Assembly: GCA_963818475.1 (NCBI GenBank)
Contig: CAWFSF010000002.1
Coordinates: 224,001-288,000 of the forward strand
Length of the DNA: 64,000 bases
Source: Nitrospirota bacterium
Lineage (GTDB): Bacteria > Nitrospirota > UBA9217
Direction: 5' to 3'
Made by a program: the position numbers and the translations under genes. Shown here piece by piece: positions 14,558 through 24,881 of the stretch. Each line of letters opens with the position of its first letter. Within the stretch, counting starts at the first letter, position 1. Under the pieces are notes generated by a model that was not told where the DNA came from, did no database searches, and was given only the letters and a program-made list of their open reading frames with translations.

Positions 14558-14886
14558 CGCCTGAGACGCTTTACACTATACTATCAAAATATGCCGAATC
14601 GCAGGGCATCCGGCTGAACAGCGACAAGCCTTTTGTGATGGATATCCTGCAGGGACTGCTCACGAACGAGGCGCGCTACGGCTATCGTTCCTGCCCCTGC
14701 AGGCTTGCCTGGGGAGTAAAAGAGAAGGATGCGGACATCGTCTGCCCCTGTGTGTATCGCGACCCGGACATCGCGGAGTACGGAAGCTGCTTCTGCGCGC
14801 TCTACGTTTCCGTTGCATGGAATGAAGGAAAGATCGAACGCCGGCAGGTGCCGGAGCGAAGGCCGAAAGAGAAACGGATGATGTGA
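14554..14886 (+). CDS. Ferredoxin-thioredoxin reductase catalytic subunit-like protein
   Basis: CPC...CPC...CFC motifs; ATGA overlap with glutaredoxin gene. Confidence 0.88.
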   Translation: MTPETLYTILSKYAESQGIRLNSDKPFVMDILQGLLTNEARYGYRSCPCRLAWGVKEKDADIVCPCVYRDPDIAEYGSCFCALYVSVAWNEGKIERRQVPERRPKEKRMM

Positions 14887-14944
14887 GATCAGACAGGTTC
14901 AGGATGCAGGATACAGGAATCAAGTACAAGATAAGGAAGAAGCG

Positions 14945-15340
14945 ATGAAAAAACGTCAAAAAGAAAAAGCCAAAAAAGCCGATATGCCTGAATTCCTTTT
15001 CAAGGAGTTCACGCCTGAGGAAGGCAAACTCTATGAAGATGCCGTGAATAAATACCGCGAAGCGATTGCCGCAGGAAAGACGCTCCGCCAGGCATATGAG
15101 AGCTATGCCGTCGCCGATAAAGAACTGGAAGCGGTGATCCAGGCGGATTTCCTGAAGATCATGATCGCCGACCTGCACTTCGGCCAGGGGAAGTCGCTTG
15201 CGGACGTGGCAGCGACGCTCTCGGTGCCGAACGAGCTGGTCCAGGACACAAAGAAACGGATGCTGCAGGAGGCCGGCGTTACAGCCGGGAACCAGTTCGG
15301 GGAGCAATTCGGCGACGTGGTGGCGAAGACGAACGACTGA
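14945..15340 (+). CDS. Conserved hypothetical protein
   Basis: 131-aa ORF with host-like codon usage, followed by terminator. Confidence 0.7.
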   Translation: MKKRQKEKAKKADMPEFLFKEFTPEEGKLYEDAVNKYREAIAAGKTLRQAYESYAVADKELEAVIQADFLKIMIADLHFGQGKSLADVAATLSVPNELVQDTKKRMLQEAGVTAGNQFGEQFGDVVAKTND

Positions 15341-15390
15341 GAAGCGCCTGAGACCTCGCATAAGCGCGGATCAAACAGATTTTTAGAATC

Positions 15391-15423
15391 AAAGGGGTAG
15401 CCTAATTAGGCTGCCTTTTTTTT
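15391..15423 (+). terminator. Intrinsic terminator
   Basis: ggtagcct-aatt-aggctgcc stem followed by T8. Confidence 0.7.
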
Positions 15424-15459
15424 GCGTTTGGAAGGGGAAGGGAGAAACCTAAACGACAG

Positions 15460-15715
15460 TTGGACGCGGATTAACGCGGATTTTCGCGGATAGGACTTTT
15501 ACCCTAAAAGTGAGCACTGATATTTTCGTAGTAAAGTATAAGCCGTCTTTGCGAGCATAGCGAAGCAATCTCGCAGTTGGAATCAGCCTGATAAATCAGA
15601 TTGCCGCGTCGCTCCGCTCCTCGCAATGACGGCAGTGGGAACTTCTTAGGAGGCAGCAATCTTTAGTAGTATCGACTCGCTTTATCCGCGTTCATCCGAT
15701 TTTATCCGCGTCCAA
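15460..15715. repeat. Nested palindromic element: 9-nt periodic inverted arms enclosing a REP-like hairpin (15542-15633)
   Basis: Perfect 12-bp terminal IR ttggacgcggat/atccgcgtccaa; inner gccgtctttgcga...tcgcaatgacggc and gcaatct...agattgc. Confidence 0.7.
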
Positions 15716-15730
15716 AGGCTCTTTTCAGAA

Positions 15731-16633
15731 TTACAGCCGGATCAGGTCCTGATGATCGTCCTCATGGGGATTGACATGGATCATGACGTCCCCGACGTTC
15801 TGGAAGTGATCAAAGATGAGCTTCTTGACGGAGGTGGCAATGGCATGGGACTCCCGCACGGTCATCTCGCGGGTCCATGTCGAGCTTCAGGTCCACGATC
15901 AGGTACTGGCCCGAGCGGCGGCACCGGATCTCATGCACGTGCTCAACGCCGGCCACGCCTTCGGCAAGCATCCTGATGCCGTCGATGCAATCGTCGGCAG
16001 GCTTGCCGTCCATGAGGTCATGAGCAGCGCCCACGAAGGTCTCATATCCGATGTGGAATATGAAAAGCGAGGTGATCCCCGCGGCGATGGGGTCCAGCAC
16101 GGTGAGTCCGAAGAAGGCGCCGGTGACGCCGACAAGCGTGCTGACGGAGGTGATGGCGTCCTTCCGGTGGTCCTTGGCCACTGCGAGGATGGCCGGGCTT
16201 CCCAGCTTCGTGCCGGTCTTGAACGAATAGCGGTACAATGTTTCCTTGATGATGATGGTGAGGAAAGCCGCGGCCACAGCCATGGCAGCCGGAACCTGCG
16301 TACACGCCGTCGATGATCGCATGCGATCGACCGGACAAGGATCCATCCGCCGGTTGAGAAGATGACCAGGGACACGATGATGGCGGCGATGCTCTCGGCC
16401 TTGCCGTGTCCGTAGGGGTGCTTTTCGTCAAAGGGCTGGCTGCCGATGCTCAGGGCGATCATGCTCGAGCCCAGGGCGATGAAATCCGCCGCGCTCTCCA
16501 TGCCGTCGGCAAAGACCGCTTCCGACTTGCCGAAATGACCGGCCAGCAGTTTCATGATCATGAGCCCGGCGTTCACCCAGAACCCGATCTTGATGACCCT
16601 GCCTGCGCTCCCGAACCGTTCGCTCCGTTCCAC
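15731..16633 (-). CDS. Cation diffusion facilitator family transporter (frameshifts near 16320 and 15870)
   Basis: SEAVFADGMESAAD, HPYGHGKAE, DHRKDA, RRSGQYLIVDL; GAAGGAG SD plus GTG. Confidence 0.88.
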
Positions 16634-16768
16634 CTGGATCTCCTTCACTGCCGATAAACATGTTTGTCTTGAAAAAGAAGTTACAATAACTGGATGAAAA
16701 TGGCAAACAATAAATCTTTTTGACACTGATCTACACTGATTAAATATGATCCTTCCCAGACCTGAAAA

Positions 16769-17695
16769 TCATAAGACATCATGCCTTTTCAGTGTCAGGA
16801 TCACTTGCTTTTCTCCGTGCCTCCGTGACTCCGTGGTTAAGCTCTGTTGTACCGTTGCTGAAAACCGCCACCCCAGTTCCTCCAGCCCCAGCGTCTCAAG
16901 CACTTCATTCAACCGCTCGGCCGGCCGGCGGCGCGGCAGGTCCTTGTAGACCGCGATGATCAGTTCGTTTTTCATCGAGTGTTCCCACCCCACCAGTTCC
17001 GTCACGTTGACCTGATATCCGTGCGCCTCCAGTTCCAGGCAGCGCAGCACATTGGTGATCAGGCTGCCGAATTCGCGCGTGTGCAGCGGATGCCGCCAGA
17101 TCTCGGTCAGGCTGCTTTGGGCCAGCGCCTGGCCCTTGTTCTTCCTGAGCACCGCGGCCACCTCGGCCTGGCAGCAGGGCACCAGCACGATGAATTTGGC
17201 CTGCTTCTTCAGGGCAAAATGGATCGCGTCGTCCGTTGCGGTATTGCAGGCGTGCAGAGCGGTCACCACGTCAACCGTTCCCGGCAGGGCATCGGACTCG
17301 ATGGCTTCGGCCACGGACTGGTTCAGAAAGGACATGCCGGGAAACCCAAGCCGCTCTGCCAGGGCGCGGGATTTCTCCACCAGTTCATCGCGCGATTCAA
17401 TGCCGAAGATCCGGGAGCCGCTCTCCTGCTGCTTAAAGAACAGGTCGTAGAGGATGAAACCCAGATAGGACTTGCCCGCTCCGTGATCGACCAGGGTGAT
17501 AGCGGGGTGGTCCTCTTGGACCTCCTTCAGAAGCGGTTCGATGAACTGATAGAGGTGATAGACCTGTTTGAGCTTTCGCCTGCTGTCCTGGTTCATCTGC
17601 CCGTCGCGGGTAAGGATGTGCAGCTCTTTCAGCAGCTCAAGGGACTGGCCCGGTCTTATGTCGTGTTTTTCAGGTACGGGAGTGATTTTCTTCAT
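16769..17695 (-). CDS. SAM-dependent methyltransferase
   Basis: LVDHGAGKSYLG motif I, TALHACNTATD, VPCCQ. Confidence 0.85.
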   Translation of the reverse strand: MKKITPVPEKHDIRPGQSLELLKELHILTRDGQMNQDSRRKLKQVYHLYQFIEPLLKEVQEDHPAITLVDHGAGKSYLGFILYDLFFKQQESGSRIFGIESRDELVEKSRALAERLGFPGMSFLNQSVAEAIESDALPGTVDVVTALHACNTATDDAIHFALKKQAKFIVLVPCCQAEVAAVLRKNKGQALAQSSLTEIWRHPLHTREFGSLITNVLRCLELEAHGYQVNVTELVGWEHSMKNELIIAVYKDLPRRRPAERLNEVLETLGLEELGWRFSATVQQSLTTESRRHGEKQVILTLKRHDVL

Positions 17696-17799
17696 TTCTA
17701 GGAGCCTCCCAACATTCGGTTGTCTGACTCAAACGCCCGGGTCTCGGCTACCCTGCCCGGAAACCGGTGTTTATGGTTCTTTTCAGCGCCCCAAACTTT

Positions 17800-18361
17800 T
17801 CAGGAACATATGAGGACAGATGCGCCGTACTGCCCCACGCTGGCACCGATTGCGCGGAAGATCTTCCATGATCCGTCATCTTGCCGCTTCACGATCCAGA
17901 GCCAATTGCCGTGATCCTCCTCGATTGGCGGGCCGCCCTCCTTCGGTATCACCGTCGTGGTGTAGGTGCCGTCGCATAAAGGCTCAGGCGCCACAGATTA
18001 TATTAGGCTATTGCCGTGATCACTGCACACAGATATGGAAGGCGCCCTTCGGTATCACCGTCGTGGTGTAGGTGCCTCGCATAAAGGCTCGTCGCCACCG
18101 ACATCCAGCTCGATAACCTCAGAGCTGCCTCTGACTGAACTGCTCAAGGACCGTTTTATAACCTGAACGTATAGCTTTCTTACCGACGATTGGCAGCTGA
18201 TTCTGAGGCAGCAGCACTGCATCCTCGGTATAGAACTCTGCAATGGCAGCTGCGTCACCGGCGCCCCGCAGCCGCTGGTGCGGAAAGAAGAAATAAGAAT
18301 ATACTGAAAGGTCCCGGGGTCCGACAAGTATCCTGATCGCCTCGACATCTTCTGATCGCAT
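17800..18361 (-). pseudogene. SgcJ/DUF4440 NTF2-like protein, fragmented with an internal ~105-bp duplication
   Basis: GDAAAIAEFYTEDAVLLP..GKKAIR and GNWLWIVKRQDDGSWKI in different frames; may be an assembly artefact. Confidence 0.6.
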
Positions 18362-18401
18362 CGGCTCCCTTATGCCTTTTTTTCAAATTCCGATTTCAAC
18401 T

Positions 18402-19553
18402 TCATTGCTCCGATACCATCGATTTTGCAGTCAATATCATGGTCGCCTTCGACGAGACGGATGTTTTTAACTTTGGTTCCAACTTTAACCACCGATGAAG
18501 CTTAGCATAGTCAGGTTTGATGGCTATTGCCTTATCTAATGCCGTGAGTTCTTCCTCATAACGCCCCAGCTCCCCCAGCCGGACACCTTTATTAAGCCAT
18601 GTTTGAGCATCGTTTGGATTGATAGAGATAGCCTTGTCATATGCTACGAGCTCGTCTTCATAGCGTCCGAGGCTTCCTAACGCAATACCTCTATTAGACC
18701 AGGCCTCTGCATCATTTGGTTTAATGGCAATTGCCTTATCGTATGCTGCGAGTGCGTCTTCGTAACGTCCGAGTTCTCCCAAGGTAGCACCTTTATTTAA
18801 CCAAGCATCAGCATAGTCTGGCTTGACCGCAGTAGCCTTATCGTATGCCGCTAGAGCGTCTTCATCACGTCCGAGCACCCCCAATGTTACGCCCTTGTTA
18901 TACCACGAATCAGCATAGTCCGGCTTTTCTGCTATTGCCTTTTCGTACGAAAGCAGTGCCGCATCAAAATTGTGCTTAAGGTATTCCGAATTGCCGCGAG
19001 CTAAATAATCCTCGGGCGATGGCTTCTTTCCAAGCAACTGAACGGATTCCAGCGTTCTCTCAAATTGTTCGAATTTTTCCTTAACCCACGCCGGAACAGT
19101 GTCCTTTTCTTTCAAATCAACCGCGGGCAGTTGGTTTCGCATGTCCTCCAGTCGAATCTCGGCGTTCGTCACGATATCATTGAATTTACTATTTGTCTCC
19201 TCCATCTTCCGCTTCAAAGAACGCCACCTCTTTATTTCCATAAAACCGAAAGCGATCATCAGCATCAGGATGAGAGTAAGGACTGTGAGCATAACCCCGA
19301 GAATACCTACATTGATACTCATTATGTTCAAAGACCGATCGAATGCGCGTTGAGATTCTGCCAACAACTCTTTTTCCATGGGAAGCGTTGCAGATTGCGC
19401 TTTAGTTGCTGACTGGGAGCTGGCAAGGGGAATCTTTTTTATCACAGGCGACACCGTATTCGCCCCTATTGAATACGTCTGCTGAGCCAAAGAGGGGGCA
19501 GGGAGAATTAAAAGGAGGAATATAGCTAATCGAAGTATGAGCTGAGTAGTCAT
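18402..19553 (-). CDS. Membrane-anchored TPR repeat protein
   Basis: Signal peptide, TM segment, repeated 34-aa units [23 protein letters not shown]; visibly lower GC. Confidence 0.85.
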   Translation of the reverse strand: MTTQLILRLAIFLLLILPAPSLAQQTYSIGANTVSPVIKKIPLASSQSATKAQSATLPMEKELLAESQRAFDRSLNIMSINVGILGVMLTVLTLILMLMIAFGFMEIKRWRSLKRKMEETNSKFNDIVTNAEIRLEDMRNQLPAVDLKEKDTVPAWVKEKFEQFERTLESVQLLGKKPSPEDYLARGNSEYLKHNFDAALLSYEKAIAEKPDYADSWYNKGVTLGVLGRDEDALAAYDKATAVKPDYADAWLNKGATLGELGRYEDALAAYDKAIAIKPNDAEAWSNRGIALGSLGRYEDELVAYDKAISINPNDAQTWLNKGVRLGELGRYEEELTALDKAIAIKPDYAKLHRWLKLEPKLKTSVSSKATMILTAKSMVSEQ

Positions 19554-19596
19554 TTATTCTTTCTGTGCCACCCTGAGAGATGCACAATTCTAGTTC

Positions 19597-19784
19597 GTCG
19601 GTCGGGCAGAGTGCAATGAAACCCGATATGCGTCCAAGCTATTTTAGAGTTAGGCCCACTCAACGAAGGCTAGATGATATTGAACTGTTCGCGGCGAGCT
19701 TCGGTATCACCTGTTGTCGTAACTCGTTTATCAATCATAGTCTTCAGAAATGCGTCGGGTTTCGCTATGCTCTACCCGACCTAC
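19597..19784. repeat. Inverted pair of GTAG-type REP palindromes (REPIN-like)
   Basis: Minus GTAG-gtcgggt-agagcatagcgaa-acccgac (19754-19784); degenerate plus copy gtcg-gtcgggc-agagtgcaatgaa-acccgat (19597-19627). Confidence 0.6.
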
Positions 19785-19995
19785 ACTCTGTGCTTTGAGT
19801 GAACGTTGATGACGCTGTGTCCCAGATTGACTTCTTCGGAAATGATCTCCACTTGTATTTGGCACTTATATTGAATACGAGGCAAGGATACAATAACGAT
19901 GGGTAAATGGCAAGGACATTGAAGGTCAAAAAGACCCATCGCACAGTTGCGTAGGTGGGAGTATTTGGGATCTGCGAACAGATGCCGCGCCTGTT

Positions 19996-20439
19996 TCAGT
20001 CATCTTTCTGCGGACACCCGGAAACATCCTTTTGTTTAGCGATGATCTGTTCGATCTCTTCCGCTGAGTAAAGCCTGCCTTTGCCCACACCGGGACAATA
20101 GGACGCGACTTCCCGTTCCCACACAGCGCTGTTCATGTTCTCCGGCCAGAAAGGCCAGGTGCGGCACTGCCAGGGCCGGGCCGTGTACACACTGCAACGA
20201 TTGTTTTTTAAAAATGGGCAGTCCTTGTCTGCGTACTTCAACTGGTACTGACCATCTTCTTTTTCGGTGTAGCGCGCGGTAAACGCTGTCGTCGTAAGCC
20301 CGAAATGGATCGCCAGACGTCGCCGATCATTGAAAGAAAGATAGACGTAGCTGTGTCGACCACGCGTAACGCAGCACTTGCCTTCGCCCTGACATTCGAA
20401 GCGAATCCCTTCTTTATAAAAAGGTCTTTTATTGGTCAT
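19996..20439 (-). CDS. YkgJ family cysteine-cluster protein
   Basis: FECQGEGKCC, CPFL..CSVYTARPWQCRTWPFW, CPG. Confidence 0.88.
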   Translation of the reverse strand: MTNKRPFYKEGIRFECQGEGKCCVTRGRHSYVYLSFNDRRRLAIHFGLTTTAFTARYTEKEDGQYQLKYADKDCPFLKNNRCSVYTARPWQCRTWPFWPENMNSAVWEREVASYCPGVGKGRLYSAEEIEQIIAKQKDVSGCPQKDD

Positions 20440-20568
20440 GGTATTTACCTGGGAAAATCAAGGGGGTAAATCTTCACGTTTATCCCTTTCCCTTCAAGGG
20501 CTTTACCCTGCCATGAAACACTCCGCCAATACCGCTGCTCTTTGCCTCTCGGAAAGAACAACTGTGTA

Positions 20569-21507
20569 TTATTTTTTGGCCAACTGCTTGTCGAGTCTTC
20601 TCGTGAACTGCGTGAACGCCACATCACTAAGCGCAAATAAGTCCTTCTGCACTGTTCCCTTCGGGTCCTTCAAATCGATGATCCGGTTCGGTCCTTTCGA
20701 GCCGAATTTTATGGTCTTTGCGTACTCAAGCCGATAGAGGGGGACACTGGACTTTCCCGGTGAGATCGGATTAATGGCAGGTGCGCCTGTGTCGATCGCG
20801 ACAGTACCGTTCCTTGAGACCAGGATCATAGCGGGCTCCATCCTGAGAGTATCGTTGCCGCGATCCGCCACATTGACGTCAACTTTTACCGTCGGGCGTA
20901 TACCAGCCTGAAGGAAGACGATAATGAGCCCGTCCAGATTGAGCTTGGCTGCAAGCTCTCCGATCTTGGGCAACAGCTCTTTCCGGTACTCGGGAAGATC
21001 GGGCACGCCTTCGCCTTTCATGCTCACCGTCGAATCGTCCACGTACGGGGGCCAAAGCATATTGCAGGGAATAAGCGGCATATTCTGAGCGGCGAGATAG
21101 TGCCGCATTTGATCCGGTGCAACGTTCTCGATGGCAGCTCCTCCCGTAGCCTCGTTTCCTGACTTCTGTTTTTTCCGGGCAGGCGATCGCTTGAGAAAAT
21201 CCTGGATGTTGGCATCCCCATAATTTAACGGCACCATCTTCCATTCCGGGCGGTTTGCCAGGACATCGGTATATTGCCGAGACGCGTAATTGATAGTTGA
21301 TTGCATCACCTCGTCGTCGGTCGGCTGTGTTCCCATCTTGTTGATTGCAATCGAAAGGATACCGACCTTTTTGACGTTCATAAGAACATCGTGGTTCACC
21401 ATCTTCCCTCCCCCCGCACATCCCGTCACGGAAAGGACTGCAATCACTGCGAGAGTCGCCACCCACAAAGAAAATCTCCGCCCCTCGATCTTCTTTCTTA
21501 CGTTCAT
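20569..21507 (-). CDS. Hypothetical lipoprotein
   Basis: Hydrophobic signal with lipobox VTGC; GGAGG SD. Confidence 0.7.
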   Translation of the reverse strand: MNVRKKIEGRRFSLWVATLAVIAVLSVTGCAGGGKMVNHDVLMNVKKVGILSIAINKMGTQPTDDEVMQSTINYASRQYTDVLANRPEWKMVPLNYGDANIQDFLKRSPARKKQKSGNEATGGAAIENVAPDQMRHYLAAQNMPLIPCNMLWPPYVDDSTVSMKGEGVPDLPEYRKELLPKIGELAAKLNLDGLIIVFLQAGIRPTVKVDVNVADRGNDTLRMEPAMILVSRNGTVAIDTGAPAINPISPGKSSVPLYRLEYAKTIKFGSKGPNRIIDLKDPKGTVQKDLFALSDVAFTQFTRRLDKQLAKK

Positions 21508-21898
21508 AGAACCTCCGTTTTATATGTTGTCGACTGTTCACTCTGTCGATAAAGGAATTTCATTGTTTGCACATTATGTATTTCCCAGTCGGGGAAATAT
21601 GAGCTACGAGATCCTAAAGAGACAGCTTCTTATATTTTAAGATCTGTTCCCATATATTACAGCGAACAGTGGGAAATGCCATTGAAGAAGGATTTTTAGT
21701 GGCTTAACATAATTCATTTAAATAAAGCATTCGTAGTTGAATCGACTTTATCAACAAGCAGCTCCTCTGTCAATACAATAAGCACTGCTTTTCAGGAGCG
21801 CAGCGGCCGATGATGTAAATCATGGTGGCACGTCACTCTGCCATATCCGGTTGCATTCGTGAACCGACGAGATCGTGACGGAAAGGCTGTTGTTTCTT

Positions 21899-23746
21899 TT
21901 ACACCTTCTTCTCCCCAAAGTTTTTTATCTCCTCCATAAACCGCTCGCCATACCGCTCCAGTTTTACGTCCCCCACGCCGGTGATCTGCCGCATGGCGGA
22001 AGGAGTCGTTGGGAAGTGTCTGCACATCTCATGCAGCGTCTTGTCCGAAAAAATAACATAGGGCGGCACGTGCTGTTCCTCGGCGATCTTTTTCCTGACA
22101 ACGCGAAGCTGCTCAAAGAGCGTCTCGTCGTATCCTCCTGCTGCAGCTGCGGCTCTTCTTTTCGCTGCGCCTTTCTTCGTTTCTTCACGCTTGAGGCCAA
22201 AGACCTGTCCTGTTCCCGTCAACACGCCAGCACCTTTGGGAGTCAGCTTGAGCACCGGGTACCGGTCGCCGTCCTGTTTGATCAGCTCCTGCGCAAGCAG
22301 TTCGTTCACGATGAAGTGCCAGTGGTTCTTGTCCTTGTCCCTGCCTGCGCCGAAGGTCTTGATGCTGTCGTGTCCCAGTTCCTTGATGCGCTTCGTGTCC
22401 GCTCCCATGACAACGTCGATGACATGCATGATCCCGAAGCGCTCATTGGTCCTCGCCATGGCGGACATCAGGATCTTTGCATCCAGCGAGATGTCGACCT
22501 GCATGACCGAGCCCGTGCAGATATCGCAGGCCCCGCAGTTGTCCCCTGGCCAGACCTCTCCGAAGAACGACAGAAGCTGCTTTCTTCTGCAGACGTTGTG
22601 GGAGGCGAAGCGCACGGTCTGGTTCAGCTTTTCCATCGCAATGGCGCGTTCTTGCTCGTCCTGCGTGCGGTCGATGAAGTAGCGGATCTTCGGGATGTCG
22701 CCCCGGCTGAAAAAGAGCTGGCAGTGGGCAGGCGCACCGTCGCGGCCTGCGCGGCCCGTTTCCTGATAATAGGCCTCGATGTGCTTCGGCAGATCGGCGT
22801 GGACCACGAACCGGACATTGGACTTGTCGATGCCCATGCCGAAGGCAACGGTCGCCACGATCACCTGAACCTCGTCCCGACTGAACGCCTCCTGGTTACT
22901 CTGGCGTTCGTCCGCCGGAAGGCCTGCATGGTACGGGAGCGCCTTGATGCCCTGGCCTGCAAGGAACTCGGCGGTTGCGTCGACGGCATCGCGTGTCGTC
23001 CGGTAGATGATGCCTGACTCAGCCTCATGGTTTGCAAGGAACTCCAGAAGCTGCTGTTCTACATTAGTTTTGGCCTCTACCTGATAAAAGAGATTGGGAC
23101 GGTTGAATGATGCGCGCACCTCATGAGGCTTCCTGAGGCCGATCTTTTGAATGATGTCCTGCTGGACCTTCTCGGTGGCTGTTGCCGTGAATGCAGCAAC
23201 GGGAATGCCAGGGAACGCTCTTGGTATGGACGACAAGGCCAGATAATCCGGCCGGAAGTCGTGACCCCATTCGGAGATGCAGTGCGCCTCGTCAATGGCG
23301 AAGAGCGAAAGGCAGATGCTCTTTAACGTCTCGACGAACTGAGGCATGGCGAACCGTTCCGGCGCGATATAGAGGAGTTTCACCTGATTGTTCGTAAGCT
23401 TTCGATGTATCTCCGCCAGTTCCCGCTGGTCCAGCGAGCTGTTCATGAATACTGCCGCGATGCCGTTCTCCTGCGCCGCATCTACCTGGTCCTTCATGAG
23501 CGAAATAAGCGGGCTGATGACCACGGCAGTGCCGGTTTTGAGGAGCGCAGGCAGCTGATAGCACAGGGACTTGCCGCCGCCCGTGGGCATGACGGCGAAC
23601 ACGTCTTTCCCGGCCATGATGCTGGTGATGATGGGCTCCTGGTTCTGGCGGAAGGACTCAAAACCGAAGACCGTGCGAAGGGTATACTGTATTGTGGGAT
23701 CGACTGAAGGAGTTTGATCGTTCATGCGTTTTTCATCACCTGACAT
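21899..23746 (-). CDS. recQ: ATP-dependent DNA helicase RecQ
   Basis: MPTGGGKSLCYQLP, DEAHCISEWGHDFRP, YYQETGRAGRDG, RQC zinc ligands, HRDC. Confidence 0.96.
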   Translation of the reverse strand: MSGDEKRMNDQTPSVDPTIQYTLRTVFGFESFRQNQEPIITSIMAGKDVFAVMPTGGGKSLCYQLPALLKTGTAVVISPLISLMKDQVDAAQENGIAAVFMNSSLDQRELAEIHRKLTNNQVKLLYIAPERFAMPQFVETLKSICLSLFAIDEAHCISEWGHDFRPDYLALSSIPRAFPGIPVAAFTATATEKVQQDIIQKIGLRKPHEVRASFNRPNLFYQVEAKTNVEQQLLEFLANHEAESGIIYRTTRDAVDATAEFLAGQGIKALPYHAGLPADERQSNQEAFSRDEVQVIVATVAFGMGIDKSNVRFVVHADLPKHIEAYYQETGRAGRDGAPAHCQLFFSRGDIPKIRYFIDRTQDEQERAIAMEKLNQTVRFASHNVCRRKQLLSFFGEVWPGDNCGACDICTGSVMQVDISLDAKILMSAMARTNERFGIMHVIDVVMGADTKRIKELGHDSIKTFGAGRDKDKNHWHFIVNELLAQELIKQDGDRYPVLKLTPKGAGVLTGTGQVFGLKREETKKGAAKRRAAAAAGGYDETLFEQLRVVRKKIAEEQHVPPYVIFSDKTLHEMCRHFPTTPSAMRQITGVGDVKLERYGERFMEEIKNFGEKKV

Positions 23747-23870
23747 TGGAACGTTGGCTCTCCCTCAGGAAGATTATAAGGTGAGCGGGATTATTAGGAA
23801 AACAAAACGGGGCAAGGAATTGTATTTTTCCTTACCCCGGGTCTTAATTCCGCAATCCGCAATCGGCCTC

Positions 23871-24821
23871 TTATTCCAGTACCGTGCCGTCTTTCAAGTC
23901 CTCATAAAATTTTCTGAGGTCGGGAAGCGTCTTCGCGGACATGGCCTTCATTCCGCTCCTGGGGTGCTCGTTCAGGATGCCGGTGATCATGTACGGGATA
24001 TGGTACCCCCATTCAACCTTCGCCTTCATGGGAATAAAGATCTCCTGAATGATCGCGATGATCGGCCGGATGTCGAACTTCGGGTTCTTCAGGAACGAGA
24101 GCAGCAGTTCCGTGGGGCAGTTGCCCGCGCCCCGCCCCATTCCGTAAATGGTCGAGTCGAGGCGGTTGATGCCCGCAACAATGGCATCGATGGTGTTCGA
24201 GAAGGCAAGCTGTTGATTATTGTGGGTATGGATGCCGAGCTCCTTGCCCGGAAGCGCTGCCTGGTATTTTTTCGCGAAGAATTGGATCTGTTCCGAATAC
24301 ATCGCACCGAAGCTGTCGACGAGGTAGATGACCGGCACATTGCTTTTTGCAAGGTCTTCGAGCGCATCATCGAGTTCCTTTTCGAGGACCTTCGAGACCG
24401 CCATGAGGTTGATCGTCACCTCGTAGCCTTTATCCATGCAGTGGTGAGCAAGGCTGATCGCCTTGTCGACCTCTTTCGCATAGCAGGCAACCCTGATCAT
24501 ATCAAGAGCGCTCTCGCTTTTTTTCGGGATGTCATGGTCATCGATGCGGCCGATATCCGCCATAGCGGACAATTTCATCGTCTTGTCGATGCCGCCGCAG
24601 ACCCTTTTCAGGTCATCTTCCGAACAGAACTTCCATGCGCCGTTGTCGGTCCTGGAAAAATATTTCTCCGAAGATTTATACCCTATCTCCATATAGTCGA
24701 CGCCGGACTGCGAGAGAGCGATGAAAACCTTCCTGACGAAATCATCATTGAACTGCCATTGGTTGATCAGGCCGCCGTCACGAACGGTGCAATCGAGGAC
24801 CTTTATCTGGGGACGGAACAT
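23871..24821 (-). CDS. DRE-TIM/HMGL-like aldolase domain protein
   Basis: LDCTVRDGG, GIHTHNNQQLA, GMGRGAGNCPTE. Confidence 0.85.
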   Translation of the reverse strand: MFRPQIKVLDCTVRDGGLINQWQFNDDFVRKVFIALSQSGVDYMEIGYKSSEKYFSRTDNGAWKFCSEDDLKRVCGGIDKTMKLSAMADIGRIDDHDIPKKSESALDMIRVACYAKEVDKAISLAHHCMDKGYEVTINLMAVSKVLEKELDDALEDLAKSNVPVIYLVDSFGAMYSEQIQFFAKKYQAALPGKELGIHTHNNQQLAFSNTIDAIVAGINRLDSTIYGMGRGAGNCPTELLLSFLKNPKFDIRPIIAIIQEIFIPMKAKVEWGYHIPYMITGILNEHPRSGMKAMSAKTLPDLRKFYEDLKDGTVLE

Positions 24822-24881
24822 GGTAATGCCTCCTGAAACGAAAATATTCCCGCGCGCTGTCTGGGAAAAAACAATGGGTGA

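Noticed and set aside
15731-16633. CDF transporter as magnetosome MamB/MamM
   Set aside because: No other mam genes nearby; a generic CDF is the simpler call.
17881-18090. Direct repeat of about 45 bp resembling a CRISPR repeat or target duplication
   Set aside because: It is part of a ~105-bp tandem duplication of coding sequence with a noisy second copy; only two copies, no cas genes; probably a consensus artefact.
18500-18960. 102-bp periodic DNA repeats
   Set aside because: Explained by TPR coding repeats.
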